Positions 7,959 through 16,507 of a stretch of DNA of 32,000 bases are shown here, piece by piece. Below the pieces are notes generated by a model. That model was not told where the DNA came from and made no database searches. It saw nothing but the letters and a program-made list of their open reading frames with translations. Position 1 is the stretch's first letter. Each line of letters opens with the position of its first letter. Origin of the DNA: Candidatus Iainarchaeum sp. (GTDB lineage: Archaea > Iainarchaeota > Iainarchaeia > Iainarchaeales > GCA-2688035); NCBI GenBank assembly GCA_028713935.1, contig JAQTNI010000002.1, positions 1-32,000 on the forward strand. Direction: 5' to 3'. The position numbers and the translations under genes were made by a program.

Positions 7959-8187
7959 AGAAATCTTCCCTGCGCTTAACAGCGAGCCCGCCAAGATTAA
8001 AGCCTTTACGCATCCAGCGCAATTGCCTTTCCATTGCCCTTTGCCTTATAGACTCTTTTTCCAGTAAACAGAGAGACTCTGAAATAACTTTTGCCATTGC
8101 CCCTTTTTTGTTTGAATACTTTTCTTTGGCAATTGCCCGAAGCTTGCGCTCATCCTTGTCCTCTAATGAAATAGTAACATGCCCCAT
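7942..8187 (-). CDS. vapB: VapB-type antitoxin (ribbon-helix-helix-like)
   Basis: 81 aa. The N-terminus MGHVTISLEDKDERKLRAIAKEK is typical of a CopG/RHH beta-strand plus helix. The gene overlaps the PIN gene and is preceded by GGTGG. Confidence 0.7.
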   Translation of the reverse strand: MGHVTISLEDKDERKLRAIAKEKYSNKKGAMAKVISESLCLLEKESIRQRAMERQLRWMRKGFNLGGLAVKRREDFYDRKF

Positions 8188-8202
8188 TAAACCACCATAA
8201 AT

Positions 8203-8231
8203 AATATACTTACAAAAATATTATATACTTA
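8203..8231 (-). promoter_or_regulatory. Direct-repeat candidate operator/promoter upstream of vapBC
   Basis: ATATACTTA occurs twice (8204..8212 and 8223..8231), 19 nt apart, in the A/T-rich 16..45 nt upstream of the vapB ATG. Confidence 0.3.
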
Positions 8232-8275
8232 TGTCTTGCCTGAGAAAAAACACGGCAATGGTCCGGGTGAAAAAA

Positions 8276-8782
8276 TTATTGGTCAGTGGAACGTCTCTTC
8301 TTTTTTCGGGGATCGCGTCCGCCTATTCTCGTATCCCAAATTGCTACCCAATCTTTTCCTTTTCCGGCAATGAGGAGGCTTCGATTCTCTTTAGCGTGCC
8401 GTGCAAATTGTTTCTGAGAAATGACCAGCGCATGAATCTCGCTAAAGATGACATTACGAGGATAATCAAAAAATGTGCCGCCATTGTTTTTTACCCACTG
8501 GTAGATTTTGTCACCGCGAATCGAGATTCCCGCTTGTTTTTTTCTGCGCTCTTGAACTCGCTGATCAACAGAGCCGATTCTCCTGTCTTTGGTGCCCCTT
8601 CGCCTTGGTCTACGCGAACGTGGCTCATCATTTGTAAACCGCTGCGAGCCTTCCCGAAAATAAATGGTAGTTTGAGCGCCCGTTTTTGGGTTTGGCAAGA
8701 GTCCAACCCCATTATTTTTAACTCTCTGTTCAGAAAGTCCAACTCGCCGATCACCCAGTCTTTTTCCAATCGGTTTTGGCAT
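8276..8782 (-). CDS. Arg-rich hypothetical protein with an internal 12-aa repeat (orphan F)
   Basis: 168-aa ATG ORF starting 32 nt downstream of the ATPase gene on the same strand. Repeats DRRVGLSEQRVK / DRRIGSVDQRVQ, an RSRRPRRRG tract and a KKKRRS tail. The antisense ORF 8231..8818 has S/F/L-rich, non-protein-like composition. Confidence 0.6.
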   Translation of the reverse strand: MPKPIGKRLGDRRVGLSEQRVKNNGVGLLPNPKTGAQTTIYFREGSQRFTNDEPRSRRPRRRGTKDRRIGSVDQRVQERRKKQAGISIRGDKIYQWVKNNGGTFFDYPRNVIFSEIHALVISQKQFARHAKENRSLLIAGKGKDWVAIWDTRIGGRDPRKKKRRSTDQ

Positions 8783-8814
8783 TCAAAATCACTTATTTCC
8801 CTGCCCTACTTTTT

Positions 8815-10125
8815 TTAATCCAGGAAAGCGCTTGCGTCCACTCCTGCGTCCCAGGAATATCTTGGGCGGATTTTTACCATCCAGATTTTTTCAGTGTTGT
8901 CATCAAGGATTATTGCATAGCCTTTTGATTTTGGCATTTCAGAGTAATACTTGTCAAAGTCCTGGTGCATATAACTTGGGCGCAGGGCTGAAACTGCTTC
9001 TATATCCGGCTGTGATGTTAACCTGTGTGAAATGAACAGGTCGCACTGGCTCACTGCATCGGGATGGAGCCTTTCTGGCCTTTGCGTTGCAAGGCAAAGG
9101 CTTAAGCCCGGCTGCCTTCCGACTCTCACCCATTCCAATAATACTTTTAACGCAATGTTGTCCTCGTCTTTTGGCATGAACATGTGCGCTTCATCAATGA
9201 ACATCCAGACAACTGGCATGCTTGATTCTTTTTTTTCTCCTTTGATTAATTTCATTTCCTCTTCTTTTCTGAAAAGCATTCTTTCTTCAAACAATTTTTT
9301 TCCAAGCAATGCCACAATAATATCTTTTGTGCCTTCTATGCCAATTGCCTGCCTGTAAGCAGAGACATCAATAATTGTAATTGCGCCTGGCTTTGCGATT
9401 TCCCTTATCCGCGTGCCTTCTTTTTCAATTAAGCCCCAGCTTTGCGCGACTTTTATCCTGTTTACCAGGGATTGTTTTGCAAGCGCTTCAGATTCAGTGT
9501 CTTTTTTTATTGCGGTTATTATTTCTTCAGTGCCAAAATAAGTTCCCATTTTTTCCTTTAGAGTTTCAATTACCCTTGTAATCAGGACTCCTTCAGGGTC
9601 GCGCCATGTGAGCTTGAAAAGAGCCATCCATTCAACTGCTTCCAGCTCGGAGGCTTTTATTGTGAAGCTTCCGTCAATTGGAATTCCCTTTTCCTTGTAA
9701 AAATCAATTCTTCCTTTTGGAACAAGAATCCTGACTTCTGTTCCCGCAGGCTTCAAGTCCCATTCAGCCAATTCTGAAATATTTTCCTTGTTAGGAATTT
9801 TCAGGCTCCAGAATATTCCCACTGTGTCAATGCAGATCACTGTTGTCCTTGCCCTCACATCAGGGTCTAAGCGCGCAAATTCCTCCAGAAGGACAGCCAT
9901 GCTATAGCTTTTTCCCCCGCCTCTTTTTCCGCAAATCAGCACAAGGTGGGCTTTTGCAATGTCCATTGCTATTTTTCTTCCAAGTACAGGCCTTTCGCCT
10001 GCAGACATAAGGACTTTTCCAATATAGGCTGTTCCCCGCGAGCCGTATTTTTCAATGTCTTTAAGGGACCTGCCTATTATGGAAACGTTTTCGCTTAATT
10101 CTATTTTTCCTAAAGGAGCCGGCAT
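8815..10125 (-). CDS. HerA/FtsK-superfamily (DUF87-type) ATPase
   Basis: Walker A GKRGGGKS. Walker B VVWMFIDEAH. The LATQRPERLHPDAVSQCDLFISHRL motif is typical of HerA-like ATPases. Start taken at the ATG at 10125 (MPAPLGK); the ORF track begins at a TTG at 10140. Confidence 0.85.
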   Translation of the reverse strand: MPAPLGKIELSENVSIIGRSLKDIEKYGSRGTAYIGKVLMSAGERPVLGRKIAMDIAKAHLVLICGKRGGGKSYSMAVLLEEFARLDPDVRARTTVICIDTVGIFWSLKIPNKENISELAEWDLKPAGTEVRILVPKGRIDFYKEKGIPIDGSFTIKASELEAVEWMALFKLTWRDPEGVLITRVIETLKEKMGTYFGTEEIITAIKKDTESEALAKQSLVNRIKVAQSWGLIEKEGTRIREIAKPGAITIIDVSAYRQAIGIEGTKDIIVALLGKKLFEERMLFRKEEEMKLIKGEKKESSMPVVWMFIDEAHMFMPKDEDNIALKVLLEWVRVGRQPGLSLCLATQRPERLHPDAVSQCDLFISHRLTSQPDIEAVSALRPSYMHQDFDKYYSEMPKSKGYAIILDDNTEKIWMVKIRPRYSWDAGVDASAFLD

Positions 10126-10214
10126 TTGAATCGCATACAAAAAGGGAATTGGAATATTTAAGGATTTTGATTCTATTTTTATTCAAATTGTAAAATATAT
10201 TTTTGGGATTTTGT

Positions 10215-11522
10215 ATGATGCGCGGCAGAAAAAATTTGGAGCGTATGGCAGAGCAGCAGTTCAGGGGTTTTAGCAGAAGAGTCAGGGGTTCTGGAACAAG
10301 GGCGATTTATTTTGACAGCGCCGCAACAACTCCTGAGGCTGATTTTTCTTCAAGGGCAATGCAAAGGGCAAAAAGGACTTTGGCGAATGTCCACAGGGGA
10401 AAAGGGGATTTTTCAAAAATTACTTCGCATTCTTTTGACCAGGCGAGAAAAACAGCCTTGAGATTTATTAATGCGCAGCCTGAAGGCAATTATGCTGTTT
10501 TTGTCAGGAACAATACTGAAGGATTGAATTTGGCTGCGCATATTATGCAGTCACAGCCGGGAATTACTCTTGTAAGCGAAATGGAGCACCATTCAAATAT
10601 TTTGCCTCACCAGGAACGCGGCAAAACAGGTTTTTTTGGAATCAGCAAAAAAGGTGCAATTGATTTTTCTGATTTGGAAGCCAAGCTGAAAAGCCACAAA
10701 GGAGGAGTAAAGCTTGTTGCAATTACTGGCGCTTCAAATGTCACTGGTTATATGCCTGACATTCACAGGGCAGCAAGGCTTGCGCACAAGTATGGTGCAA
10801 GGATTCTTGTTGATGCAGCGCAAATGGGAGCCCATGTGCCGATTTATGTGAAGGGAAACAATTCAGTTTCCCATATTGATTTTCTTGTTGTTGCAGGCCA
10901 TAAGATGTACAATCCTGCGGGTTCGGGATTTTTGTTCTGCCCTTCAGGGCTTGCTGATTCGGCAAGGCCGTTCATGCCTGGCGGTGGCACTGTTGTGGCA
11001 GTGACAAAAGGAAAAACAATTTATTCAAAAGGCCCTGAAAGGCATGAAGGCGGGACTCCGAATATTTTGGGCACTATTGGCTTCAGGGCAGCAATGATTG
11101 GCCTGAAAAAAATCGGCTTGAAAAACATTAGGGCGCACGAAATGGAACTGACAAAGCTTGCTTTGCATGGCATGAAAAAAATCCCGAATTTAAAAGTTTA
11201 TGGCGGTTTCGGCGAAAAAAAAAGAGTCGGAGTAATCAGTTTCAGCGTAAAAGGCATGGATTATGCTGAGTTGGCAAGGCAAATCAATGAGGCAGGTGTC
11301 CAGATAAGGGAGGGTTGTTTTTGTGCACATCCTTATGTCCACAGGCTTTTGGGCTTGAATGAGGCCGATGCCACAAGGCTTGTCAGTGCCCTTGAAAAAA
11401 ATCCGAATGCGCCAAAGCCCGGCTTTGTAAGGGTGTCTTTCGGGCTTTATACAACTCCCGAAGAAGTCAAAAAATTTCTCGTGGTTATAAGAAAAATAGC
11501 CTTGCGCGCAAAAGCGGCTTAG
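10215..11522 (+). CDS. Class V aminotransferase-fold PLP enzyme (cysteine desulfurase / selenocysteine lyase-like)
   Basis: Motifs IYFDSAATTP, HHSNILP, ITGASNVTG and the PLP-lysine motif VVAGHKMYNPAGSGFL. A conserved Cys-containing segment REGCFCAHPY lies near the C-terminus. Start at the ATG at 10215. Confidence 0.85.
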   Translation: MMRGRKNLERMAEQQFRGFSRRVRGSGTRAIYFDSAATTPEADFSSRAMQRAKRTLANVHRGKGDFSKITSHSFDQARKTALRFINAQPEGNYAVFVRNNTEGLNLAAHIMQSQPGITLVSEMEHHSNILPHQERGKTGFFGISKKGAIDFSDLEAKLKSHKGGVKLVAITGASNVTGYMPDIHRAARLAHKYGARILVDAAQMGAHVPIYVKGNNSVSHIDFLVVAGHKMYNPAGSGFLFCPSGLADSARPFMPGGGTVVAVTKGKTIYSKGPERHEGGTPNILGTIGFRAAMIGLKKIGLKNIRAHEMELTKLALHGMKKIPNLKVYGGFGEKKRVGVISFSVKGMDYAELARQINEAGVQIREGCFCAHPYVHRLLGLNEADATRLVSALEKNPNAPKPGFVRVSFGLYTTPEEVKKFLVVIRKIALRAKAA

Positions 11523-11581
11523 CCAATTTTGGCTTATGGCTTATTGAAACTTGAAACAATGTGTTTTTGCAAGGAGAAAGC

Positions 11582-12274
11582 ATGCAGTCTTCCCTGAATT
11601 TTTCCGAATCAGAAAAAAAAGCAATTATTGCTTTTTTGAAAAAATTTCCAGCCCTTGAATTGAAAACTGTTTTTGAAGAGGCAAGGGCTGAGATTGACGG
11701 TTGTGTTGTCACCCTTTACAAGTCAGGAAAATTGCTGATACAGGGAAAAAATTCCGAAGCCGCAAAGAAAAGAATTTTGTCCGCAATTGGCGGAAAAAGC
11801 GAGTTGATTCTTGGAATTGATGAGGTTGGCAGGGGAGAAAGTTTTGGCCCTTTTGTTGTTGCAGGTGTGCTTGGCGAAACAGCAAAGCTGCGGGAATTCA
11901 GGGACAGCAAGAAAACAGCGAACATTGCTGAAAAGGCATTGCTTGTGGAAAAAAATGTTTTGGGAAGAAAAATTCTTGAAATCAGAGCAGGAAAAATTGA
12001 TGAATTGCGCAGAAGCGGAAAAAACCTGAATCAGATTGAGGCGGATGCGATTAATGAAATAATTCTTTTTTTTGAAAAAAAATTTTCAGGGCAAAAATTC
12101 GGGATTGTAATTGACGGCAGCAGAATAAGGGGAATTGAAAACAGCAAAGCTGTTTTTTTGCCGAAAGCAGATGACAAGGTTGTCCAAGCAGCTGCTGCAA
12201 GCATTCTTGCAAAAAATGCGCGCAACAACAGCCCAGACAGGCAGGAAAGAAAAACCTGGAAAAAAAGGGCTTAG
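11582..12274 (+). CDS. Type 2 RNase H with an RNase HIII-like N-terminal (DUF3378/TBP-like) domain
   Basis: N-terminal VTLYKSGKLLIQGKNS matches the RNase HIII N-domain signature. The catalytic module has GIDEVGRGESFGPFVVAG, DSKK, VIDG and KADDKVVQAAAASILAK. The ATG at 11582 is preceded by AAGGAG. Confidence 0.8.
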   Translation: MQSSLNFSESEKKAIIAFLKKFPALELKTVFEEARAEIDGCVVTLYKSGKLLIQGKNSEAAKKRILSAIGGKSELILGIDEVGRGESFGPFVVAGVLGETAKLREFRDSKKTANIAEKALLVEKNVLGRKILEIRAGKIDELRRSGKNLNQIEADAINEIILFFEKKFSGQKFGIVIDGSRIRGIENSKAVFLPKADDKVVQAAAASILAKNARNNSPDRQERKTWKKRA

Positions 12275-12747
12275 TTTCTTCTGAATGCAAGCGCATGGAG
12301 CTGTTCTTTTGGAATTTCTTCGCCTATTCTTTTTTTTGTGTCATCTGGCTCAAGGCTTAATTCTTTTCTTAGGCTTGCCAGCCTTTGCTTGAGCGCCTCT
12401 ATTTCAAGGCGTGCCTGGCGCTTGAATTCCTGCAAATCAGTTATTTTTTGTGCAAACTCGTTTTCCGCATCTGTGCCAATTCCTTTGCCCTGCATTGAAA
12501 CAATTTCCTCAAGGCGCGCAATGCGCTTGTTCAGGAGGCTTATCCTTTCTTCAGTTACAAGGGTTTTGACTGCGGGATTAATTGTGCCGTTGCTTATGCC
12601 CTGTGTTTCAGGAATTGCATTTGAAACAGCACTGCCCTGGGTGTTAAGAACAATTTTTTGGCTGTTTTTTTTTGGAATAAAAAAAAGCAAGGCATTGCCT
12701 ATCAACAATGCCAGTACAAGCACTCCTAAGAAAACTTGAATTATCAT
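12271..12747 (-). CDS. Membrane-anchored coiled-coil protein (hypothetical)
   Basis: N-terminal TM VFLGVLVLALLIGNALLFFI followed by a heptad-like helical region (RIARLEEIV..., LEIEALKQRLASLRKEL). Its 3' end overlaps the convergent RNase H gene by 4 nt. Confidence 0.6.
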   Translation of the reverse strand: MIIQVFLGVLVLALLIGNALLFFIPKKNSQKIVLNTQGSAVSNAIPETQGISNGTINPAVKTLVTEERISLLNKRIARLEEIVSMQGKGIGTDAENEFAQKITDLQEFKRQARLEIEALKQRLASLRKELSLEPDDTKKRIGEEIPKEQLHALAFRRN

Positions 12748-12921
12748 TTCCACACCTAAAAGACTTCCCTTAAAGAGGGCTTTTAAATGTTTTCACGGAA
12801 ATTTGTGAAATTAAGAATTTGGCTGAATTAATAAAATTGCTTGCCAAAAAGTCTTGTTTAAAAATCTTTTTTTAGACCAATAATTAACAAAGGCATTGCT
12901 TAATTGTTTTTACTGGTTTTT

Positions 12922-14184
12922 ATGGGCAAAGAAAAAAAGCACAGCAGCACAGTGGAAAACCTTTCCAAAGAGGCTGAAAAGCCAGTGCATGGGCAGCAAG
13001 AGCAGGCGCAAAAGAAAGAGCGCCCGCACACTGAAAAAAAGCCTTTAAGGTTTGGCAAGGCGCTTGAAAACAAATATTTTCCTGCCCTGCTTTCAATTGC
13101 ACTCATTGTTGTAATTGCAGCCGGAACTTTGCTTATTTTTTCAATGAACGCTCCCCAGCAGCTTTCAATTGGGGATTTCCAGCATGCGGACATAACGCAA
13201 AAGCACATTGCAAAAATCCTTTTGCTTTATTCAAAAGACTGCGCAGGCTGTGAAAATTACAATTCTTTTTTGAACCTGCTCCAGGAGAACGACATTGTAT
13301 ACCAGCTTGAAAAAATTGAAATCAGTTCTGAAGACGGAAACAAGATTGTTTCACTAATCAAGCCGCGAAGAGTGCCGTTTGTTCTTCTTGATGCGAGAAG
13401 CATTGATTCCACAATGCAAATCAGGGCAGTCAATGGCTCTGAAACCCTGAAAAATGTCCTTGACAATGTCTTTGTAAGAATTGAAAAAGTAGCCAAATTG
13501 AATGACTCTTATTTTATCCCGGAAATTGCCTTTGAAGAATTTCTGCCAGTTAAAAACAAGGTTTATCCGATTGAAATGATGCTGGATGCGAATTCATGCG
13601 GTTCAGGCAGCAAAGTGCAGGTTGACCTTTACACAGACCCTTACTGCGCTCCCTGTGCGCTTTCAACAGCAAGCCTGGAGGAAAACAAATCCATTTTTGG
13701 CAGCGAAATTGATTTCAATTACAATTTTTTCCCAGTTGACTCCAAAAAAATGCTTTACAAGTGGGAAAAAATAAGCCCGTTTGCAAATTATTCAATATGC
13801 ACAAACAGGCAGGCGGCATTAAAAGAATTCCAAATTCCTGTTTACAAGTATTACTGTGCGCCAGACAAGAACTTCCTTGACATGAACTCTTTGCAGAACT
13901 GCGCAGAAAGCACGAATTTTCACATTCCAATTCCGGCAGATATTCTAAGTGAAGCAATTGCCTTTGCAAGGATTGACAAAACACAGTTTGGCACTTGCCT
14001 TGAACAGGTTGAAAAAGACAAGCCATTGATGATTTCAACGGCAAACTCTTACGGCATAAACGAAGTGCCGCATGTAGTCATGAACTGCAAATTCATTACG
14101 CATGCGGACAACCTGAAAAACGGGATTTGTGCAGCAAACCCTGCGCTTCCACAGTGCAATTTCTCAGTAACCCAGCCGCAGTGA
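12922..14184 (+). CDS. Membrane-anchored extracytoplasmic protein with two thioredoxin-fold CxxC modules (DsbA-like thiol:disulfide oxidoreductase)
   Basis: Start MGKEKK (ATG 12922). One TM (ALLSIALIVVIAAGTLLIF). The first module has CAGC with a downstream RRVPF cis-Pro-like motif. The second has DPYCAPC with a downstream NEVPHVV. Confidence 0.7.
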   Translation: MGKEKKHSSTVENLSKEAEKPVHGQQEQAQKKERPHTEKKPLRFGKALENKYFPALLSIALIVVIAAGTLLIFSMNAPQQLSIGDFQHADITQKHIAKILLLYSKDCAGCENYNSFLNLLQENDIVYQLEKIEISSEDGNKIVSLIKPRRVPFVLLDARSIDSTMQIRAVNGSETLKNVLDNVFVRIEKVAKLNDSYFIPEIAFEEFLPVKNKVYPIEMMLDANSCGSGSKVQVDLYTDPYCAPCALSTASLEENKSIFGSEIDFNYNFFPVDSKKMLYKWEKISPFANYSICTNRQAALKEFQIPVYKYYCAPDKNFLDMNSLQNCAESTNFHIPIPADILSEAIAFARIDKTQFGTCLEQVEKDKPLMISTANSYGINEVPHVVMNCKFITHADNLKNGICAANPALPQCNFSVTQPQ

Positions 14185-14222
14185 AAAACCAGGCAATTCA
14201 AATTTAAGAAGGGAATTTCCTC

Positions 14223-14759
14223 ATGAAAAAATTTCTTTTTCTTTTTTTAATTGTTTTCGCTGTTGCGGCGCTTCTCTTTGTGCAAACCCTGCCAGCCCCT
14301 GTTTGCCCGGCAGCACAGGCAAACTGCGCAGGCGAAGAAATTTTTTTCTGCCCGGCTGACAATTGTTCAGCAAAACTGATTTCGCAAATTGATTCCGCAG
14401 AAAAAACAGTGCATGTCGCGATTTATTCTTTCACGCTTGACGCAATTTCCGATGCATTGATAAGTGCAAAAAACCGCGGTCTTGAAGTAAAAGTCCTGAT
14501 GGAAAAACAACAGGCAGGCAGTTCTTACAGCGACGATGAAAAGCTTGTCCAGGCAGGCATTGAAGTCAAATTCATGAATAATCCATCAGGAATAATGCAC
14601 AACAAATTCACTGTAATTGATTCTGCCTTTGTTGCAACCGGCAGTTTTAATTACACTGCAAATGCAGACGAGCACAACAATGAAAACCTTGTTTTTTTAA
14701 ACAACACAGAAACAGCCAAAAAATTCGAAACAGAATTCCAAAGGCTATGGGCTGAATAA
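14223..14759 (+). CDS. Secreted phospholipase D-family endonuclease (Nuc-like, single HKD)
   Basis: Signal peptide MKKFLFLFLIVFAVAALLF. HKD motif HNKFTVIDSAFVATGSFNYT. ~178 aa, the size of Nuc-type nucleases. Four Cys lie near the mature N-terminus. Confidence 0.88.
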   Translation: MKKFLFLFLIVFAVAALLFVQTLPAPVCPAAQANCAGEEIFFCPADNCSAKLISQIDSAEKTVHVAIYSFTLDAISDALISAKNRGLEVKVLMEKQQAGSSYSDDEKLVQAGIEVKFMNNPSGIMHNKFTVIDSAFVATGSFNYTANADEHNNENLVFLNNTETAKKFETEFQRLWAE

Positions 14760-14844
14760 ATTTGAATTTCAGTAATAGTAATTTTGTCTAAAAATTTGGC
14801 TGCGAAATCAATTCAAACCCTTTGTAAAGCCACTGATAATAAAC

Positions 14845-15324
14845 CTATCTTATTTTTCGCCCTTTAACAGAGAATAAGTAAAAGTGAAACTGCCCCAAAT
14901 TTTGAACAGGGATTTTGAAGCCATATATTGCAGTGCTCTTTTCATAATCGCCATCAGGTTTAGCCTGATGTGTTATCTTTACAGTTACTGAACCATCTGG
15001 ATTTCTAACTGCGCGACCAAAAACCCAACTAAGCCCCCTATATGACTCCACGGCTTTTGCTGCCCGAACAAAAACAGGTGAACCATACTCAATACGCGGA
15101 TCATTGGATAGCTTGTCTGGCGAAATAGGCTTGCTTGAGATTTTTATTTCATTGGCCCTTAATAATCTTCTTCTAAGCGCAATCCCCCGCAAGAATTCTC
15201 TTCTGGGCATTTTAGCCGGGTTTCTTCGAATTTGTCTTCTCTGCACCAAATCACCAGTATTATGATTCAGGTGGTTGTATTTATTTCTTTCTAAGATTGA
15301 TTTGCTTTTGTTATAAGGCAACAT
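14845..15324 (-). CDS. Arg-rich hypothetical protein (orphan A; family with 19414..19857 and 22433..22927)
   Basis: The ORF is open to a TTG at 15417, but that extension would overlap the divergent GTPase start. The first ATG, at 15324, gives 159 aa. Arg-rich N-terminal part (RRQIRRNPAKMPRREFLRGIALRRRLLR) and a beta-rich C-terminal part with the motif SYRGLSWVFGRAVRNPDGSVTVKITHQ. Confidence 0.55.
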   Translation of the reverse strand: MLPYNKSKSILERNKYNHLNHNTGDLVQRRQIRRNPAKMPRREFLRGIALRRRLLRANEIKISSKPISPDKLSNDPRIEYGSPVFVRAAKAVESYRGLSWVFGRAVRNPDGSVTVKITHQAKPDGDYEKSTAIYGFKIPVQNLGQFHFYLFSVKGRKIR

Positions 15325-15407
15325 ACCTGATTTTTTTGCACCCTTTTTTGTGGATTGAATTACCCTAGAAAAGGCTTTTTTAATTGTTTTTGTTTTTATT
15401 CTGTTTA

Positions 15408-16475
15408 ATGCCGGCAAATGTAACTATTGATTTTGAAAAAGCCCGCTTTAAGTATTCGCAGGCGAATTCTCCCCAGGCAAAGCTTGAAGCCTTGTTTGAA
15501 ATGCAGCGCTTTGCCCCAGCTCATAAGGGAGCCGAGAACCTGCGCGCAGACATAAGCAAAAAAATTGCCGCTACAAAGCGAGAAATTGAAAAGCAGAAAA
15601 TCCAGGAAAAAAAGCGCGGCGGCAAAACAGGCCTGAGCGTTAAAAAAGAAGGCATTGGCCAGATAGTAATAATCGGCTTTCCAAATTCAGGCAAAAGCAC
15701 TTTGCTGAATGCGCTTACTGGAATTGGCGCAGAAGTTGCGCCTTATCCTTTTACCACAAAAAAACCGCAATTCGGAATGATGGATTTTAAGGGGGCAAAA
15801 GTCCAGATAGTGGAATTGCCTGCAATTGTGGAGGGCTCTTCAAAAGGGCATGCGCAGGGAACACAAATTTTGTCAGTAATCAGGACTGCTGACGGGGTTG
15901 TTCTTCTTGCAGGAAACAGCAGTGAAGAGGAAGCCGTTAAGAAAGAGCTTGCGGATGCAAAAATTGTTCTCAACCAAACCCGCCCTTTGATTGAAATCCG
16001 GCATTCAAAATTCAGGGGAATAACTGTTTCAGGAAAAAAGTTTTTGAAATGCAGGGAAAGCGAGCTTGTTGCGCTTCTGAAAAGCCTGGGCATGCACAAT
16101 TCCGAAGTTGTCCTTGGCGAACCAACAACAATACAAAAAGTTTTGCAGGCAATGGACGAGGCAATTGTTTACAAAAAAGCCCTTGTTATTAATCCGTTTG
16201 AGGAAAAAAACATTGAAGAATTGAAGCCAAAAATTTTTGCCTTGCTTGGGAAGATTCTTGTTTATACGAAAAAGCCGGGAAGAGAGCCTGATTTGAAGGA
16301 CCCTCTTGCAATGAAAAAAGGCGCTACTGTCGGTGATGTCGCAAGGCATTTGCACAAGGATTTTGCAAGAAGCCTGAAATATGCAAAGGTCTGGGGCAGC
16401 ACAAAATTTCCAGGCCAGAGGGTTCAGAAAGAATTTGAACTGAAAGACGGGGATGTAATTGAAATTTATTCCTGA
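15408..16475 (+). CDS. DRG/Rbg-type Obg-family GTPase with C-terminal TGS domain
   Basis: G1 GFPNSGKST, YPFTT (G2), then a C-terminal TGS-like segment (ILVYTKKPG...GDVIEIY). Start at MPANV (ATG 15408). Confidence 0.9.
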   Translation: MPANVTIDFEKARFKYSQANSPQAKLEALFEMQRFAPAHKGAENLRADISKKIAATKREIEKQKIQEKKRGGKTGLSVKKEGIGQIVIIGFPNSGKSTLLNALTGIGAEVAPYPFTTKKPQFGMMDFKGAKVQIVELPAIVEGSSKGHAQGTQILSVIRTADGVVLLAGNSSEEEAVKKELADAKIVLNQTRPLIEIRHSKFRGITVSGKKFLKCRESELVALLKSLGMHNSEVVLGEPTTIQKVLQAMDEAIVYKKALVINPFEEKNIEELKPKIFALLGKILVYTKKPGREPDLKDPLAMKKGATVGDVARHLHKDFARSLKYAKVWGSTKFPGQRVQKEFELKDGDVIEIYS

Positions 16476-16507
16476 ACTGGTTTTTCCTAAAGTTCGGTTT
16501 TTGATTT

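Noticed and set aside
8231-8818. 195-aa plus-strand ORF antisense to orphan F
   Set aside because: Its S/F/L/P-rich, low-charge composition is typical of the antisense of a K/R/E-rich gene. The minus-strand ORF has an ATG start and sits in operon-like spacing after the ATPase. The plus-strand ORF is kept only as evidence of local GC enrichment.
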